64,000 bases of DNA from Candidatus Saccharimonadales bacterium (GCA_038231155.1 JBBRLY010000014.1:22792-86791); one strand, 5' to 3'; positions 9,101-17,557 are shown, numbered from the stretch's first letter. The notes: generated by a model not told the origin, from the letters alone. A program made the numbers and translations.

Positions 9101-12100
9101 GCGGCTAATAGTGTATTAATACCCAATGAGTCTGGAACTATTTGTTTACAAAATTCAGTAAACTGTGGCTTCGCACTTTCAGGTGGATCAGGGAGCTTCA
9201 TTCAAAACCAAAACAGTGTAGATCAAGTAGCAGATTTTCGCATATCTGGAACAGGTCGGGCAAATACAAGCATCTTGACACCTTTAGTGGATACTGCCAC
9301 ATCTGTTCCGTTAAATATCGGAACGACTAACACCACTGCTATAAATCTTAATCAAAATACGACTATTGCAGCTAATAAGTCTTTTACAGCTAACGGCAAT
9401 GCCTTATTTAAAGCGGCAACTAACTCTCCTACGTCCTTACAAATTCAAAACAATTCAAGCTCAGTGCTTTTCAATGCTGACACCACTAATATGCGTATCA
9501 GCGTTGGAAGTATTGGGACAGCTACCGGACAGCTTTACGTTAGCGGTACCCAACCAACTGATTTAACTAGCGGCGGTGTTGGTACTGGGACTAACCCTCG
9601 TTCTATCTCTATTCAAGGTCGCTATGCCTATATAGTTGTTGAAGGATCCAACAAACTCCAAGTCTTTGATATCTCTAATCCAGCTAGCCCGAGTGATGTC
9701 TCGAGCGGTGGAGTTACAACTGGAGCTCAGCCGATCTCTGTCTCGGTTCAAGGGCACTTTGCTTATGTTGTAGATTTTAGCTCTGGTGTTAATAAACTCC
9801 AAGTCTTTGATATCTCTAATCCTACAAACCCAACGGAGGTAACAACTGGCGGTGGTGCAACTACAGCCTCGCAGCCAATATCTGTTTATGTCCAAGGCCG
9901 CTACGCCTACGTAGCAAGCAGTGGCGGCCTAAAACTACAAATCTTTGATATTTCTAACCCAGCAAAACCAACTGATGTCTCAAGTGGTGGAGTCACAACG
10001 ATAGCTTCACCGCAGGCCATTTACGCCCAGGGTGGCTATGTCTACATAGTAGAACTAAGTAAGCTTCAGGTTTTTGATGTCTCTAACCCGGCTAGTCCGA
10101 CAGACGTTTCCAGTGGTGGTGTTGCTACTGGGTCTCAGTCTTCATCAATTTATGTACAAGGACGATACGCCTATGTAGCAGATTTTGGAGCAAACAAACT
10201 GCAAATATTTGATATTTCTAACCCCGCTACACCTACAGATGTATCTAGTGGAGGAGTTACTACTGCAGTTGGCCCCGAATCAGTTTATGTCCAAGGTCGC
10301 TATGCCTACATAGTTGTTGAAGGATCCAACAAACTCCAAGTCTTTGATATCTCAAACCCAGCCAGCCCAAGTGAAGTTACAACTGGTGGTGGAGTTGCGA
10401 CCGGAACTCAACCAATCTCCTTATGGGTCCAAGGCCGCTACGCTTATATAGCAGATTTTGGAGGCAATAGGCTTCAGGTGTTTGATCTAGGCGGTACTTA
10501 TGATCAACAACTTCAAGCCGGTGGTGCAGAGGTAGGAACTCTAGCAGTTAGTACTAACGCCAGCATTGCAGGTGACGGCAGTATCCAGGGAGGGTTAACG
10601 GTAGGATCGACCTTAGAAGTTAATGGAAACTTCGGTGTCGGCGGTCAAGCACTATTTAAAAACCAAACTGACTCAATAGCGGCCTTACAAATTCAGAATG
10701 CTGCTGGAACATCCAATCTTTTCGTAGCAGATACCACTCATAGTCGAATAGGGATAGAAACTTCTACACCGTCCGCTGATCTGACGTTTGGTGAATCAGC
10801 AAATAGAACTATTAATGTTCTAACGCGTACAACGAATGCTGTAGGCAATACTCTAACTATTCAAGCTGGTAATGCTGGGGCCGGTGGTAGTGCTTTTGTA
10901 GGTGGTGATCTTGTTTTACAAGCCGGAAACGCAGCCGGTACCGGAAATGCCGTTGGTGGGAATGTTGTTATTAAAACTGGAACTGCAGTCGGAACAGGTT
11001 CACAAGGAAACTTTGACCTACAAGATGGGACAAATCAACCATATTTCAGAGTTTATTACGGTGCTACTACGTCAGTCTCATGTGGGTTATTTCTAACAAA
11101 TATCTGTAACTATACTTCAGGGTTGGTTAATATTCCAAATTCCAATGTAAATGTAGGTCTTGTTACACAACCCACTAACTTTACAAGTGTAGGTTCTGGC
11201 TCAATTAATATAGCTACTGGTAACGCAATAGGCTCAACTTCGAACTCGGGCAATATTAACATTGGTACCGGTACTGCAACCGCGACTCCCGGAAGCGTAA
11301 TTATAAAGAATGGCATCAATGCGACTAATTCTTTCCAAATTCAAAATGCTGCTGGTGGACAACTGTTTAATGCCGATACATCTGGCAGTAATATTACTAT
11401 CGATGGGCTCAATACAGGCGAACCACAACCTTGGCTAACCAATGCCAACGCATTACCAGCTAATCGCCAACTACAAACTACAGTTATTGCTAATGGCTAT
11501 ATTTACGCCATTGGTGGCGCTAGCCTTACCAGCTCAGGCTATACTAACACTACTTACTACGCTAAATTAAACGCCAATGGCAGTGTAGGTACTTGGCAGT
11601 CTAGTCCAAATTTGTTACCTGGAAATCGAGGCTGGCCAACTTCAGTAGTTGCTAATGGTTATATTTATGTTATTGGTGGATTTGACGGAACTTCTTATTT
11701 CCAAACCACTTTCTATGCAAAATTGAATTCCGATGGTAGCATAGGTGCCTGGAAAACTAGCACTAAACTATTGCCTCAACCTGTAGCTTATAATGTCACG
11801 GGTGTTGCCAACGGTTATGTTTATGCTATTGGCGGTCAAACAACATCAATCCTTTCAACAGTTTATTATGCTAAATTAAACCCGAACGGTGACATCGGTG
11901 CCTGGCAAACTAATGCTAACTCCTTACCAGCTGCTCGAGGTGATACTTCAGGAGTTATTGCTAATGGTTATGTTTATGTCTTTGGTGGCGGTAATGCTGG
12001 TCAACATGCAGAGGTTTACTACGCTAAGTTAAACTCCGATGGTAGTACTGGTGCCTGGCAAACTAATGTAAACTCTTTACCAAATGCCAGAGCTTACCAT

Positions 12101-14635
12101 ACTGCAGTCGCAGCTAATGGGTATGCCTATGTAATTGGGGGTCAAGGTTCTCCTGGTTCACCATATAATAACACTATATATTACGCACATCTCAATGGAG
12201 ATGGTAGCACAGGTGTTTGGCAGACTAATGCCGCCGCTGATGCCTTACCAGCAAATCTGGCCTCACCCAGCTCTGCTATAGCAAATGGTTACATGTATGT
12301 TCTTGGAGGTATAAATAATTCAAACACTGTCCGGTCAACGGTTTACTACAGCTCAACTTCGCGTATTTTAATCGGTGGTTCACTTGATTTAGTTGGTCTT
12401 GGTGGACAGAATAATGCCGATGTAGGTGGCACGGGCGGTACTTTAACAGCTGGAAATGCAACAATTGTAGGTACTTTAGATGTCCGAGAAAATGCTAATT
12501 TCACTCAGAGTGTAGGTATTGGTGGAAACCTTACAGTTAATGGAGGAGCGACAATACAAGGTACACAGGGTTCAAATAACTTTTTACAAGTACAAAATGT
12601 TGGCGGAGTTAGTGCACTTAACATTAGTACCGTTAACCAAGTGGGAAATAATAGCTTTGAATCTGGTTCTATTGGAACTACACCTGACGGCTGGATAGTT
12701 AAAGGAGCAAGCACAGTTACTACGGATAACACTATTGCTAATTTTGGCTCCAACTCAATGAAGGTCGCAACGACTACTGCAGCTAGTGATGGTGCTAAGT
12801 TTAACTATCCTCTCTTACCAAGTACTCAATATAGCCTGAGCCTTTACGCTGCAATGTCTGCAGGCAGTATTTCCGACTTTGTGGTTGGTCACCAAGAAGC
12901 GGGTAGTGATATAAACTGCTTAACAGGGCAGACAATAAATACTACTTGGACTCGGTTCACTTGTACATTTACTACTGGTTCAACTATTTCCGGCACACCC
13001 AATATCTATGTGCAAAAATCTGGCGGCAGCGCAGAGACCTTTTTTATAGATGGCGTACAGCTCGAACTAGCCAGTAGTGCAACTGCTTATAGAACATCAG
13101 ATATAAATCTAAATGGTCTAACAACATTAAGTAATGCTGGTGGTGGCACTCAATTAACAATTGACACCAGTGGTAATGCGGCCAGCTTTACAGGTGCTTC
13201 TGGTAGTACTGGTGGTGCAATAAGCTTGACCGGAGGTACAGGAAGCGGTGGATTTATATCGGGTGGTGCAGTCTCGTTACAAGGAGGATCTTCGATTAAT
13301 GGAGGTACAACTAACGGCGGCGCGACAATTACGGCAGGAGCCGCAAGTAATTTGTTTGGGTCTGGTAGTGCTTCAATAGTTGGTGGTAATGGCATCTCCG
13401 GTAATTCAAACGGTGGGAATGTAGTTTTACAGGGCGGTGCTAAAAGTGGTACCGGTTCAAACGGCAATGTAATTATTCAAAATGCAAATAGTTCATTCCT
13501 GTTTAGCGCTGATCAGAGTACATCAAACATTATCTTAAATGGTGGTTTTGAATCAACTAATTCTATAGTTCCATCTTCATGGAGTGCTAAAACCGGATCC
13601 ACTTTGTCGCTGACTTCAAGTTTTCAGCAACAAGGTAACAATGCACTTCAAATTGCCACATCCACTTCGGCTGGTTCAGGAGCTACTTATAGTACCGGTC
13701 CAAGTTTCTTAGCTTCAACTACTCAATATACCCTTAGTTTTTGGGCACGTTTGAGTTCTGGTTCAATGGCGACATTTGAAGTAGGAAGAGCCGATGACGG
13801 ATCTACTGATACAAGTTGTGCAACTGGCCAGACACTAAATACCACATGGACATACTTTACCTGTAACTTTACAACCGGTACTGTATCAGGCACCCCTTAT
13901 GTTTACTTCAAACAAACTGGCGCCGGTACTAGCCGAAATATCATTTTGGATGCAGTTCAGCTAGAGGCAGGTGCCAGTGCTAGCGTCTTTAATCCAGGTG
14001 GTCAGCTGCAATTACTAGGTACGATAAATTCGCCTTTAACTATAAAACCCAAAACTGATAGTTCGCAGGTATTCCAGGTCCAGAACTCCGCTGGATCTAC
14101 TACTTTCCTAAGTGTTGATACTACAGGTAATGGCATCGTCAATATTCAGACTGCTACTAGCGGTACGATTAATATAGGTACTATTAATAACTTAAGCGTA
14201 GTTATCGGTAAAACCGCCGGTTCCGGAACATTAACTGTCAACGGTAGCTCAACCTTTAATGGCACAATCACAGTCAACGGACATATTGTTAGCGGAAACT
14301 TAAGCGGTGGAACAACTGGACTTTCACCTGGCAATATTACAAATTGTACAGATGGCGCTGCTGTTACTGTCTTTTTAGGTTCAAGTAATGATACTTCTGG
14401 ACAGGTTGAAGTCATAACTGGAACTACATGCAGTTCAGCAGGAGTATTTGCAACCGTTACTTTTGCGAACAACTTTGGCCCAAATCCAAAGGTGTTTCTT
14501 TCTCCAGCCGATACCAACTCCGCTAAACTCCAATTCTTTAGCAGTTCTGTTACTGCTGCGCATTTTTCAATCAGTAGTAACACTATACCAGGCCCAAATA
14601 CAACTTACGTTTTTAATTACCTTGTTGTGCAATAA
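6167..14635 (+). CDS. Giant (2822 aa) membrane-anchored mosaic surface protein: fibre-like repeats, LVIVD propeller, Kelch propeller, two CBM-like domains
   Basis: One uninterrupted 8469-nt ORF. N-terminal signal-anchor WKWVIVAAAFTLLLTGLIAFTL. T/S/G/N-rich composition. Tandem repeat families are listed as separate features. All other-frame and antisense ORFs in the interval are short, low-complexity shadows. Confidence 0.85.
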   Translation: MQDSDQLTTDTTRAEPEIITSQGSSVASITKKGLMWKWVIVAAAFTLLLTGLIAFTLRRKPVSPSPTQVTINSQTVNTKTLAPATSTFQIGINKVVINGQVQANQGLILQPTDQPTTPTKGQIYLDANTNTLRYYDGTKFVTVADQNALTSLAANLSNIPTNLVNSLQGSTGALTLSGTNGVTISANGVNISIKLPQGISVTNSPTFAGLTLSTPLAITSGGTGVSSFPANSSITTDDTGVLQSASSGSAGMCLLSNTGAAPSFQACPGSAGVSSINGGTGAVTLANATNPIGIDGTITIDNAAADGATKGIATFNSTNFFGSTGIINTIQDINTAASPTFAGLTLTSPLTVGNGGTGASNAVTARFNLSAAASGANNDITSTTALNTITPSAALTVGATGKQFTLQGNSNSVITATNGANTTTLGFVTPTANVTFQLPTASAGTYSICTSANNCSVIGGGGTNGTIPVFSGAQTIANSIITQSGSVITINGSEVLQGSGSLTLGTGSTNTGSVAFKNSTNNNTVTLQSGVTSSGSLTFTLPTADGTSAQCLTTNGSGALSFSNCLSGSGGSGVISLDGLAGTLTVANSSGAGSTITINNAAADATTKGIATFNATNFNANSGIINTAQDINTAASPTFAGLTLTGDLTQGATNKIFSNTLQQTGAGHELDVTANNDQIKFTANGLTFFLPTNGGLGQTICTSGISCPSGGGTAVLLGPSAAQVNSNSNSSIFINDTGGGNLLQLQTSGVDKFLVDNSGNVSLSSGATLNLDNISTLSSGGDQLTFSANSRTFIFPTTGPASQTICTTGITCVGAGQAVLLAPGSAQTNSSATDSSIFINNTSTAKLLQLQSTGSDVFTIDHSGNTTITGGTLSLTALSSGVATVGGGGTLSSVSQLPINLGGTNATTAAGARSNLSAAVLGANNDITSTTALNTITPSAALTIGATGQQFTLQGNASSVITATNGVNTTTLGFVTPTAANSVLIPNESGTICLQNSVNCGFALSGGSGSFIQNQNSVDQVADFRISGTGRANTSILTPLVDTATSVPLNIGTTNTTAINLNQNTTIAANKSFTANGNALFKAATNSPTSLQIQNNSSSVLFNADTTNMRISVGSIGTATGQLYVSGTQPTDLTSGGVGTGTNPRSISIQGRYAYIVVEGSNKLQVFDISNPASPSDVSSGGVTTGAQPISVSVQGHFAYVVDFSSGVNKLQVFDISNPTNPTEVTTGGGATTASQPISVYVQGRYAYVASSGGLKLQIFDISNPAKPTDVSSGGVTTIASPQAIYAQGGYVYIVELSKLQVFDVSNPASPTDVSSGGVATGSQSSSIYVQGRYAYVADFGANKLQIFDISNPATPTDVSSGGVTTAVGPESVYVQGRYAYIVVEGSNKLQVFDISNPASPSEVTTGGGVATGTQPISLWVQGRYAYIADFGGNRLQVFDLGGTYDQQLQAGGAEVGTLAVSTNASIAGDGSIQGGLTVGSTLEVNGNFGVGGQALFKNQTDSIAALQIQNAAGTSNLFVADTTHSRIGIETSTPSADLTFGESANRTINVLTRTTNAVGNTLTIQAGNAGAGGSAFVGGDLVLQAGNAAGTGNAVGGNVVIKTGTAVGTGSQGNFDLQDGTNQPYFRVYYGATTSVSCGLFLTNICNYTSGLVNIPNSNVNVGLVTQPTNFTSVGSGSINIATGNAIGSTSNSGNINIGTGTATATPGSVIIKNGINATNSFQIQNAAGGQLFNADTSGSNITIDGLNTGEPQPWLTNANALPANRQLQTTVIANGYIYAIGGASLTSSGYTNTTYYAKLNANGSVGTWQSSPNLLPGNRGWPTSVVANGYIYVIGGFDGTSYFQTTFYAKLNSDGSIGAWKTSTKLLPQPVAYNVTGVANGYVYAIGGQTTSILSTVYYAKLNPNGDIGAWQTNANSLPAARGDTSGVIANGYVYVFGGGNAGQHAEVYYAKLNSDGSTGAWQTNVNSLPNARAYHTAVAANGYAYVIGGQGSPGSPYNNTIYYAHLNGDGSTGVWQTNAAADALPANLASPSSAIANGYMYVLGGINNSNTVRSTVYYSSTSRILIGGSLDLVGLGGQNNADVGGTGGTLTAGNATIVGTLDVRENANFTQSVGIGGNLTVNGGATIQGTQGSNNFLQVQNVGGVSALNISTVNQVGNNSFESGSIGTTPDGWIVKGASTVTTDNTIANFGSNSMKVATTTAASDGAKFNYPLLPSTQYSLSLYAAMSAGSISDFVVGHQEAGSDINCLTGQTINTTWTRFTCTFTTGSTISGTPNIYVQKSGGSAETFFIDGVQLELASSATAYRTSDINLNGLTTLSNAGGGTQLTIDTSGNAASFTGASGSTGGAISLTGGTGSGGFISGGAVSLQGGSSINGGTTNGGATITAGAASNLFGSGSASIVGGNGISGNSNGGNVVLQGGAKSGTGSNGNVIIQNANSSFLFSADQSTSNIILNGGFESTNSIVPSSWSAKTGSTLSLTSSFQQQGNNALQIATSTSAGSGATYSTGPSFLASTTQYTLSFWARLSSGSMATFEVGRADDGSTDTSCATGQTLNTTWTYFTCNFTTGTVSGTPYVYFKQTGAGTSRNIILDAVQLEAGASASVFNPGGQLQLLGTINSPLTIKPKTDSSQVFQVQNSAGSTTFLSVDTTGNGIVNIQTATSGTINIGTINNLSVVIGKTAGSGTLTVNGSSTFNGTITVNGHIVSGNLSGGTTGLSPGNITNCTDGAAVTVFLGSSNDTSGQVEVITGTTCSSAGVFATVTFANNFGPNPKVFLSPADTNSAKLQFFSSSVTAAHFSISSNTIPGPNTTYVFNYLVVQ
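6269..6337 (+). other. Single N-terminal transmembrane anchor of the giant protein
   Basis: aa 35-57, MWKWVIVAAAFTLLLTGLIAFTL, preceded by KK and followed by RRK. There is no other hydrophobic helix in the remaining 2760 aa. Confidence 0.7.
7058..7207 (+). repeat. Fibre-like module, copy 1 (ITIDNAAADGATKGIATFN...INTIQDINTAASPTFAGLTLT)
   Basis: 50-aa in-frame module, 41/50 identical to copy 2. The 32-nt stretch gcttctccaacctttgctggtttgacgttgac (7175-7206) is identical to 8069-8100. Confidence 0.8.
7268..7462 (+). repeat. 65-aa module NLSAA..GANNDITSTTALNTITPSAALT.GATG.QFTLQGN..SVITATNG.NTTTLGFVTPTA, copy 1
   Basis: 58/65 aa identical to the copy at 8909-9103. Confidence 0.8.
7952..8101 (+). 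repeat. Fibre-like module, copy 2 (ITINNAAADATTKGIATFN...INTAQDINTAASPTFAGLTLT)
   Basis: See copy 1. The ATKGIATF motif recalls the TxKGIxxLAT motif of phage tail-fibre proteins (recalled similarity only). Confidence 0.8.
8909..9103 (+). repeat. 65-aa module, copy 2
   Basis: See 7268-7462. Between the copies lie two further diverged modules (about 8200-8455 and 8521-8770), each with a QTICT.GI.C Cys pair. Confidence 0.8.
9599..10495 (+). repeat. Seven LVIVD-type repeats (predicted 7-bladed beta-propeller) within the giant protein
   Basis: Seven units of about 43 aa with the pattern QP.S.YVQGRYAY(I/V)...(N/L)KLQ(V/I)FD(I/V)SNP..P(T/S)(D/E)V(S/T)(S/T)GG. This matches the LVIVD repeat signature (AYVA...GL.IVDVSNP..P). 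Confidence 0.75.
11453..12355 (+). repeat. Six Kelch-type repeats (predicted 6-bladed beta-propeller) within the giant protein
   Basis: Six units of about 50 aa: LP..R.......ANGY(I/V)Y(A/V)IGG........(V/T).YYAKLN..G..G.WQ. Confidence 0.75.
12647..13066 (+). other. CBM_4_9-like carbohydrate-binding-type domain 1
   Basis: Starts NNSFESGSIGTTPDGW and ends ETFFIDGVQLE. It is paralogous to the 13538-13966 domain (shared blocks T.QY.LS..A, C.TGQT.NTTWT.FTC.FTTG, SGTP). Confidence 0.6.
13538..13966 (+). other. CBM_4_9-like carbohydrate-binding-type domain 2
   Basis: Starts NGGFESTNSIVPSSW and ends RNIILDAVQLE. The N.(G/S)FE....(G/S)W start is typical of this jelly-roll family. Confidence 0.6.
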
Positions 14636-14794
14636 GTTTACAATTAACAGTTTAATTAAATGTCATTTTTCTATTTATAAATAGCATATACAAAACTAGT
14701 ATTAAATGGCTAGTTTTCATGTTGAAAATCACTTTATTTACTAGTCTTCTTATAAATGCTAAGCTCGTATCAGAAGAGAGGGAATAACACAAAC

Positions 14795-15553
14795 ATGAGC
14801 ATTATTGCTGTTCTAAATCAAAAGGGTGGGGTAGGTAAAACAACTACCGCAATTAATCTAGGCACCTACTTGGCAAAAGCTGGTAAACAGGTTTTGCTAG
14901 TTGACATTGACCCTCAGGGAAATTCTACGAGCGGACTTGGGCTAGATAAAAATTCTTTTGACTCTACAATGTACGACGTGCTGTTTGGTGGTGCAGACAT
15001 AAGTTCCACTACGCGTGAAACCAAAATCACCGGACTTAATATTTTACCAGCTAACTCCAAATTAGCAGCCGCAGAGATTGATTTGGCAAATGAGGATAAA
15101 CGCGAATATAGGTTAAGCGAAGTTTTAATAAATCAAACTTACGACTATATTCTAATTGATTGTCCGCCAGCTCTGGGTTTACTAACGATAAATTCATTGG
15201 TAGCAGCCGATTATGTATTAATACCAGTGCAAGCTGAATATTATGCACTTGAAGGTCTAGGCCAATTACTTGATATAATTCAAAGGGTACGTGGTGGGCT
15301 AAATACTAAACTAGAAATCTTAGGGGTTTTAATAACCATGTACGATAGCCGCACTTCTTTGTCAGATCAAGTAGCGTCCGAACTTAAAAAACACTTTGGC
15401 AATAAGGTTTTTAAAACCGTTATACCACGTAATGTGCGACTTGCAGAAGCTCCTAGTTATGGTCGGCCGATAGCCGAACATGACAGATGGTCCAAAGGTG
15501 CCCGTGCCTATAAACAACTTGCTAAGGAGGTACAGAGCCGTGCCCAGCACTAA
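14795..15553 (+). CDS. parA: Chromosome partitioning ATPase ParA/Soj
   Basis: Deviant Walker A NQKGGVGKTTT with DIDPQGNS. I prefer ATG 14795 (MSIIAVLNQKGG, SD-like GAGAGGG upstream) over the longest ORF start at 14756. Confidence 0.9.
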   Translation: MSIIAVLNQKGGVGKTTTAINLGTYLAKAGKQVLLVDIDPQGNSTSGLGLDKNSFDSTMYDVLFGGADISSTTRETKITGLNILPANSKLAAAEIDLANEDKREYRLSEVLINQTYDYILIDCPPALGLLTINSLVAADYVLIPVQAEYYALEGLGQLLDIIQRVRGGLNTKLEILGVLITMYDSRTSLSDQVASELKKHFGNKVFKTVIPRNVRLAEAPSYGRPIAEHDRWSKGARAYKQLAKEVQSRAQH

Positions 15554-16415
15554 GAATGCTAAAGGTTTAGGCAAAGGTTTTGATGCATTATTACCTGGTA
15601 ATTTTGATTCCTCAATCTTAATCGATGAGTCTGAAAGGATTCAAAAGCTAGCAGTTACTTCAATTAAACCATCCAAGAATCAACCAAGGACAACTTTTGA
15701 CGAGCAAGCTTTGCAAGAACTAGCTAATTCTATTAAGCGTTTTGGAATGCTTCAACCAATTGTAGTTACACCAGCTGAAAACCAAGGCATTTACCATTTA
15801 ATAGCAGGTGAGCGCCGATGGCGAGCAGCCCAGAAAGTCGGTTTGCAAACTATTCCTGCAATTGTTCGGACTGCCCAAGAATTAGAACGTTTAGAAATTG
15901 CTTTGGTTGAAAATGTTCAACGGGTTGATCTATCTGCACTTGAACAAGCTAAGTCAATTCAACGTTTACACGATCAATTTAATATTGATTACGAACAAAT
16001 CGCAAATCGCCTAGGTAAACACTCTACCACTATAATAAATATTGTAAGATTGCTGGGTTTACCAGCTCCAGCCCAAGATGCTTTAGATTCTAAAAAAATA
16101 ACCGAAGGTCATGGACGGTCAATACTAGCTCTTAAGGAAATTAAACTTCAAACCGAACTACTAAAATTAATAATTAAAAACGGTTGGTCGGTACGCCAGG
16201 CTGAACACTATGTGACTGCTCATAAGCAGGGGGCCAAAACCAGTCAAAAAGCACGCCAACAGGTAGCCACAACAACCCCTCAAACTGAAAAGTTGGCACA
16301 AATACTTAAAACATCAGTAAGTTTACGACGGACTGCTAAGGGCGGCAAATTAGAGATTAGCTTTATTAATGATGATCACTTAAAAAACATTATTAAAAGA
16401 CTGTCAGGAAGTTAA
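15540..16415 (+). CDS. parB: Chromosome partitioning protein ParB/Spo0J
   Basis: GLGKGFDALL N-terminal box, ParB box GERRWRAA, and an HTH region. I prefer GTG 15540, 9 nt after AAGGAGG (15525-15531) and overlapping the parA end by 14 nt. The longest ORF starts at 15480. Confidence 0.85.
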   Translation: MPSTKNAKGLGKGFDALLPGNFDSSILIDESERIQKLAVTSIKPSKNQPRTTFDEQALQELANSIKRFGMLQPIVVTPAENQGIYHLIAGERRWRAAQKVGLQTIPAIVRTAQELERLEIALVENVQRVDLSALEQAKSIQRLHDQFNIDYEQIANRLGKHSTTIINIVRLLGLPAPAQDALDSKKITEGHGRSILALKEIKLQTELLKLIIKNGWSVRQAEHYVTAHKQGAKTSQKARQQVATTTPQTEKLAQILKTSVSLRRTAKGGKLEISFINDDHLKNIIKRLSGS

Positions 16416-16497
16416 GACGAGTCTAAAACTTGTCAATCATCACAGTGACCAAAAGCTAGTTTAGGATAAAACTGTAGAAGACTTTTAATTCAAAAAT

Positions 16498-17220
16498 TTA
16501 AAATACTTGAAGTTTGTTGAAGGGAAATATTCTCAGCTCAAGCTTACCAACAATACTATTGGCATCTACCGGGCCAAAAACCCGTGAATCCAAAGAATTT
16601 TGACGATTATCACCACATACGAATACCTTGTCTTTAGGAATCACCAGGTCAACATTACCATCTGTAGTTTTTATAACACTACCGTAAGATTGCGTTTGAT
16701 CGGGATTAAAGCCATTGGGGTGGGCTTGATTAATAATTGTTATACTGCCATCTTTAATAATAATATGGTCACCAGGCAGTCCTATTACTCTTTTAACTAG
16801 CTGTTTTTTACCAGGTGAGCCGAGTTCGGCTGAGGTGTCTAAGTTAAATATAATTACGTCACCTCTATGAGGAATATATGGATGACGGCTTAGTGAAGCG
16901 AAAGTCCTGGGAACTTTAAGTACAATTAATCGGTCTTGATTTTGCAGGGTAGTTTCCATGCTGGCTCCGTCAACCTCGTAGGGCTGAAAAATAAAGTGAG
17001 TTAGCATCAATGCAATTAATGGAGCCAGAATAATAATCCCTACAGTTGATAAAATACTTCTAAGACCGTCATAACTTCTATCGCTCGAAGCTTGATTTTC
17101 GGGTGGTTCCGGGCTGGCAATGTTCGGGGGTTCAGTAGTAGTGTTAGGGTTTAGAGTTGAAGGTGAAACTGGAGCAGTTTGACTATCAGATGTATGTACT
17201 GGTTCAGGATGTATATCCAT
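16498..17220 (-). CDS. lepB: Signal peptidase I
   Basis: GASMETTL (catalytic Ser box), KRVIGLPGD (Lys box) and GDNRQNSLDSR. It has a P/T/S-rich cytoplasmic N-terminal extension of about 55 aa before the TM. Confidence 0.85.
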   Translation of the reverse strand: MDIHPEPVHTSDSQTAPVSPSTLNPNTTTEPPNIASPEPPENQASSDRSYDGLRSILSTVGIIILAPLIALMLTHFIFQPYEVDGASMETTLQNQDRLIVLKVPRTFASLSRHPYIPHRGDVIIFNLDTSAELGSPGKKQLVKRVIGLPGDHIIIKDGSITIINQAHPNGFNPDQTQSYGSVIKTTDGNVDLVIPKDKVFVCGDNRQNSLDSRVFGPVDANSIVGKLELRIFPFNKLQVF

Positions 17221-17557
17221 AGCTAATCCACTATAACAGAGGAAGATGTAATATGTAATAAAAAATATGGAATATTGGTTTGAAATATAGTCTGGTAGTT
17301 AAGAGTTTATTTTCATGAAAACAGCTCTGTAATTTTCATAATTTTGTAATATCTTAACTTTAAAATCTAACATCCAAGTTGTGGGTTTACTTACATCTAT
17401 CATAAACGCTATACTATCCTCTACGTGGCCATCAAACAATCTTCATATGCATATGATGTCTTTCTAAAAAACTTTGACATTTCCATTCAACCAAAATTAC
17501 TCCCAACAGATGGAAACGAGCAAAGAATTATTAGTATAAGCAAATCTCAAATCAATC

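Noticed and set aside
13150-13467. 105-aa Pro-rich ORF on the minus strand, and similar antisense or alternative-frame ORFs throughout 6958-14684 (for example 8851-9201, 9563-9895, 12505-12753, 14146-14583)
   Set aside because: They are mirror images of the Gly/Thr/Ala-rich codon repeats of the giant plus-strand gene. They are low-complexity, lack start contexts, and are all nested inside one continuous 8.5-kb ORF with coherent domain structure.
6167-14635. CRISPR array or diversity-generating retroelement as an explanation of the repeats in the giant gene
   Set aside because: The repeats are in-frame protein modules of unequal spacing with no spacer-like unique units. No reverse transcriptase, no template/variable repeat pair with A-specific mismatches, and no cas genes occur in the window.
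17221-17557. 337-nt divergent intergenic region between lepB and the LCP gene, examined for ncRNA, tRNA or small ORFs
   Set aside because: It contains only short palindromes (TTTTCATGAAAA, CATATGCATATG) and promoter-like AT-rich sequence. No foldable RNA gene or credible ORF was found by eye.
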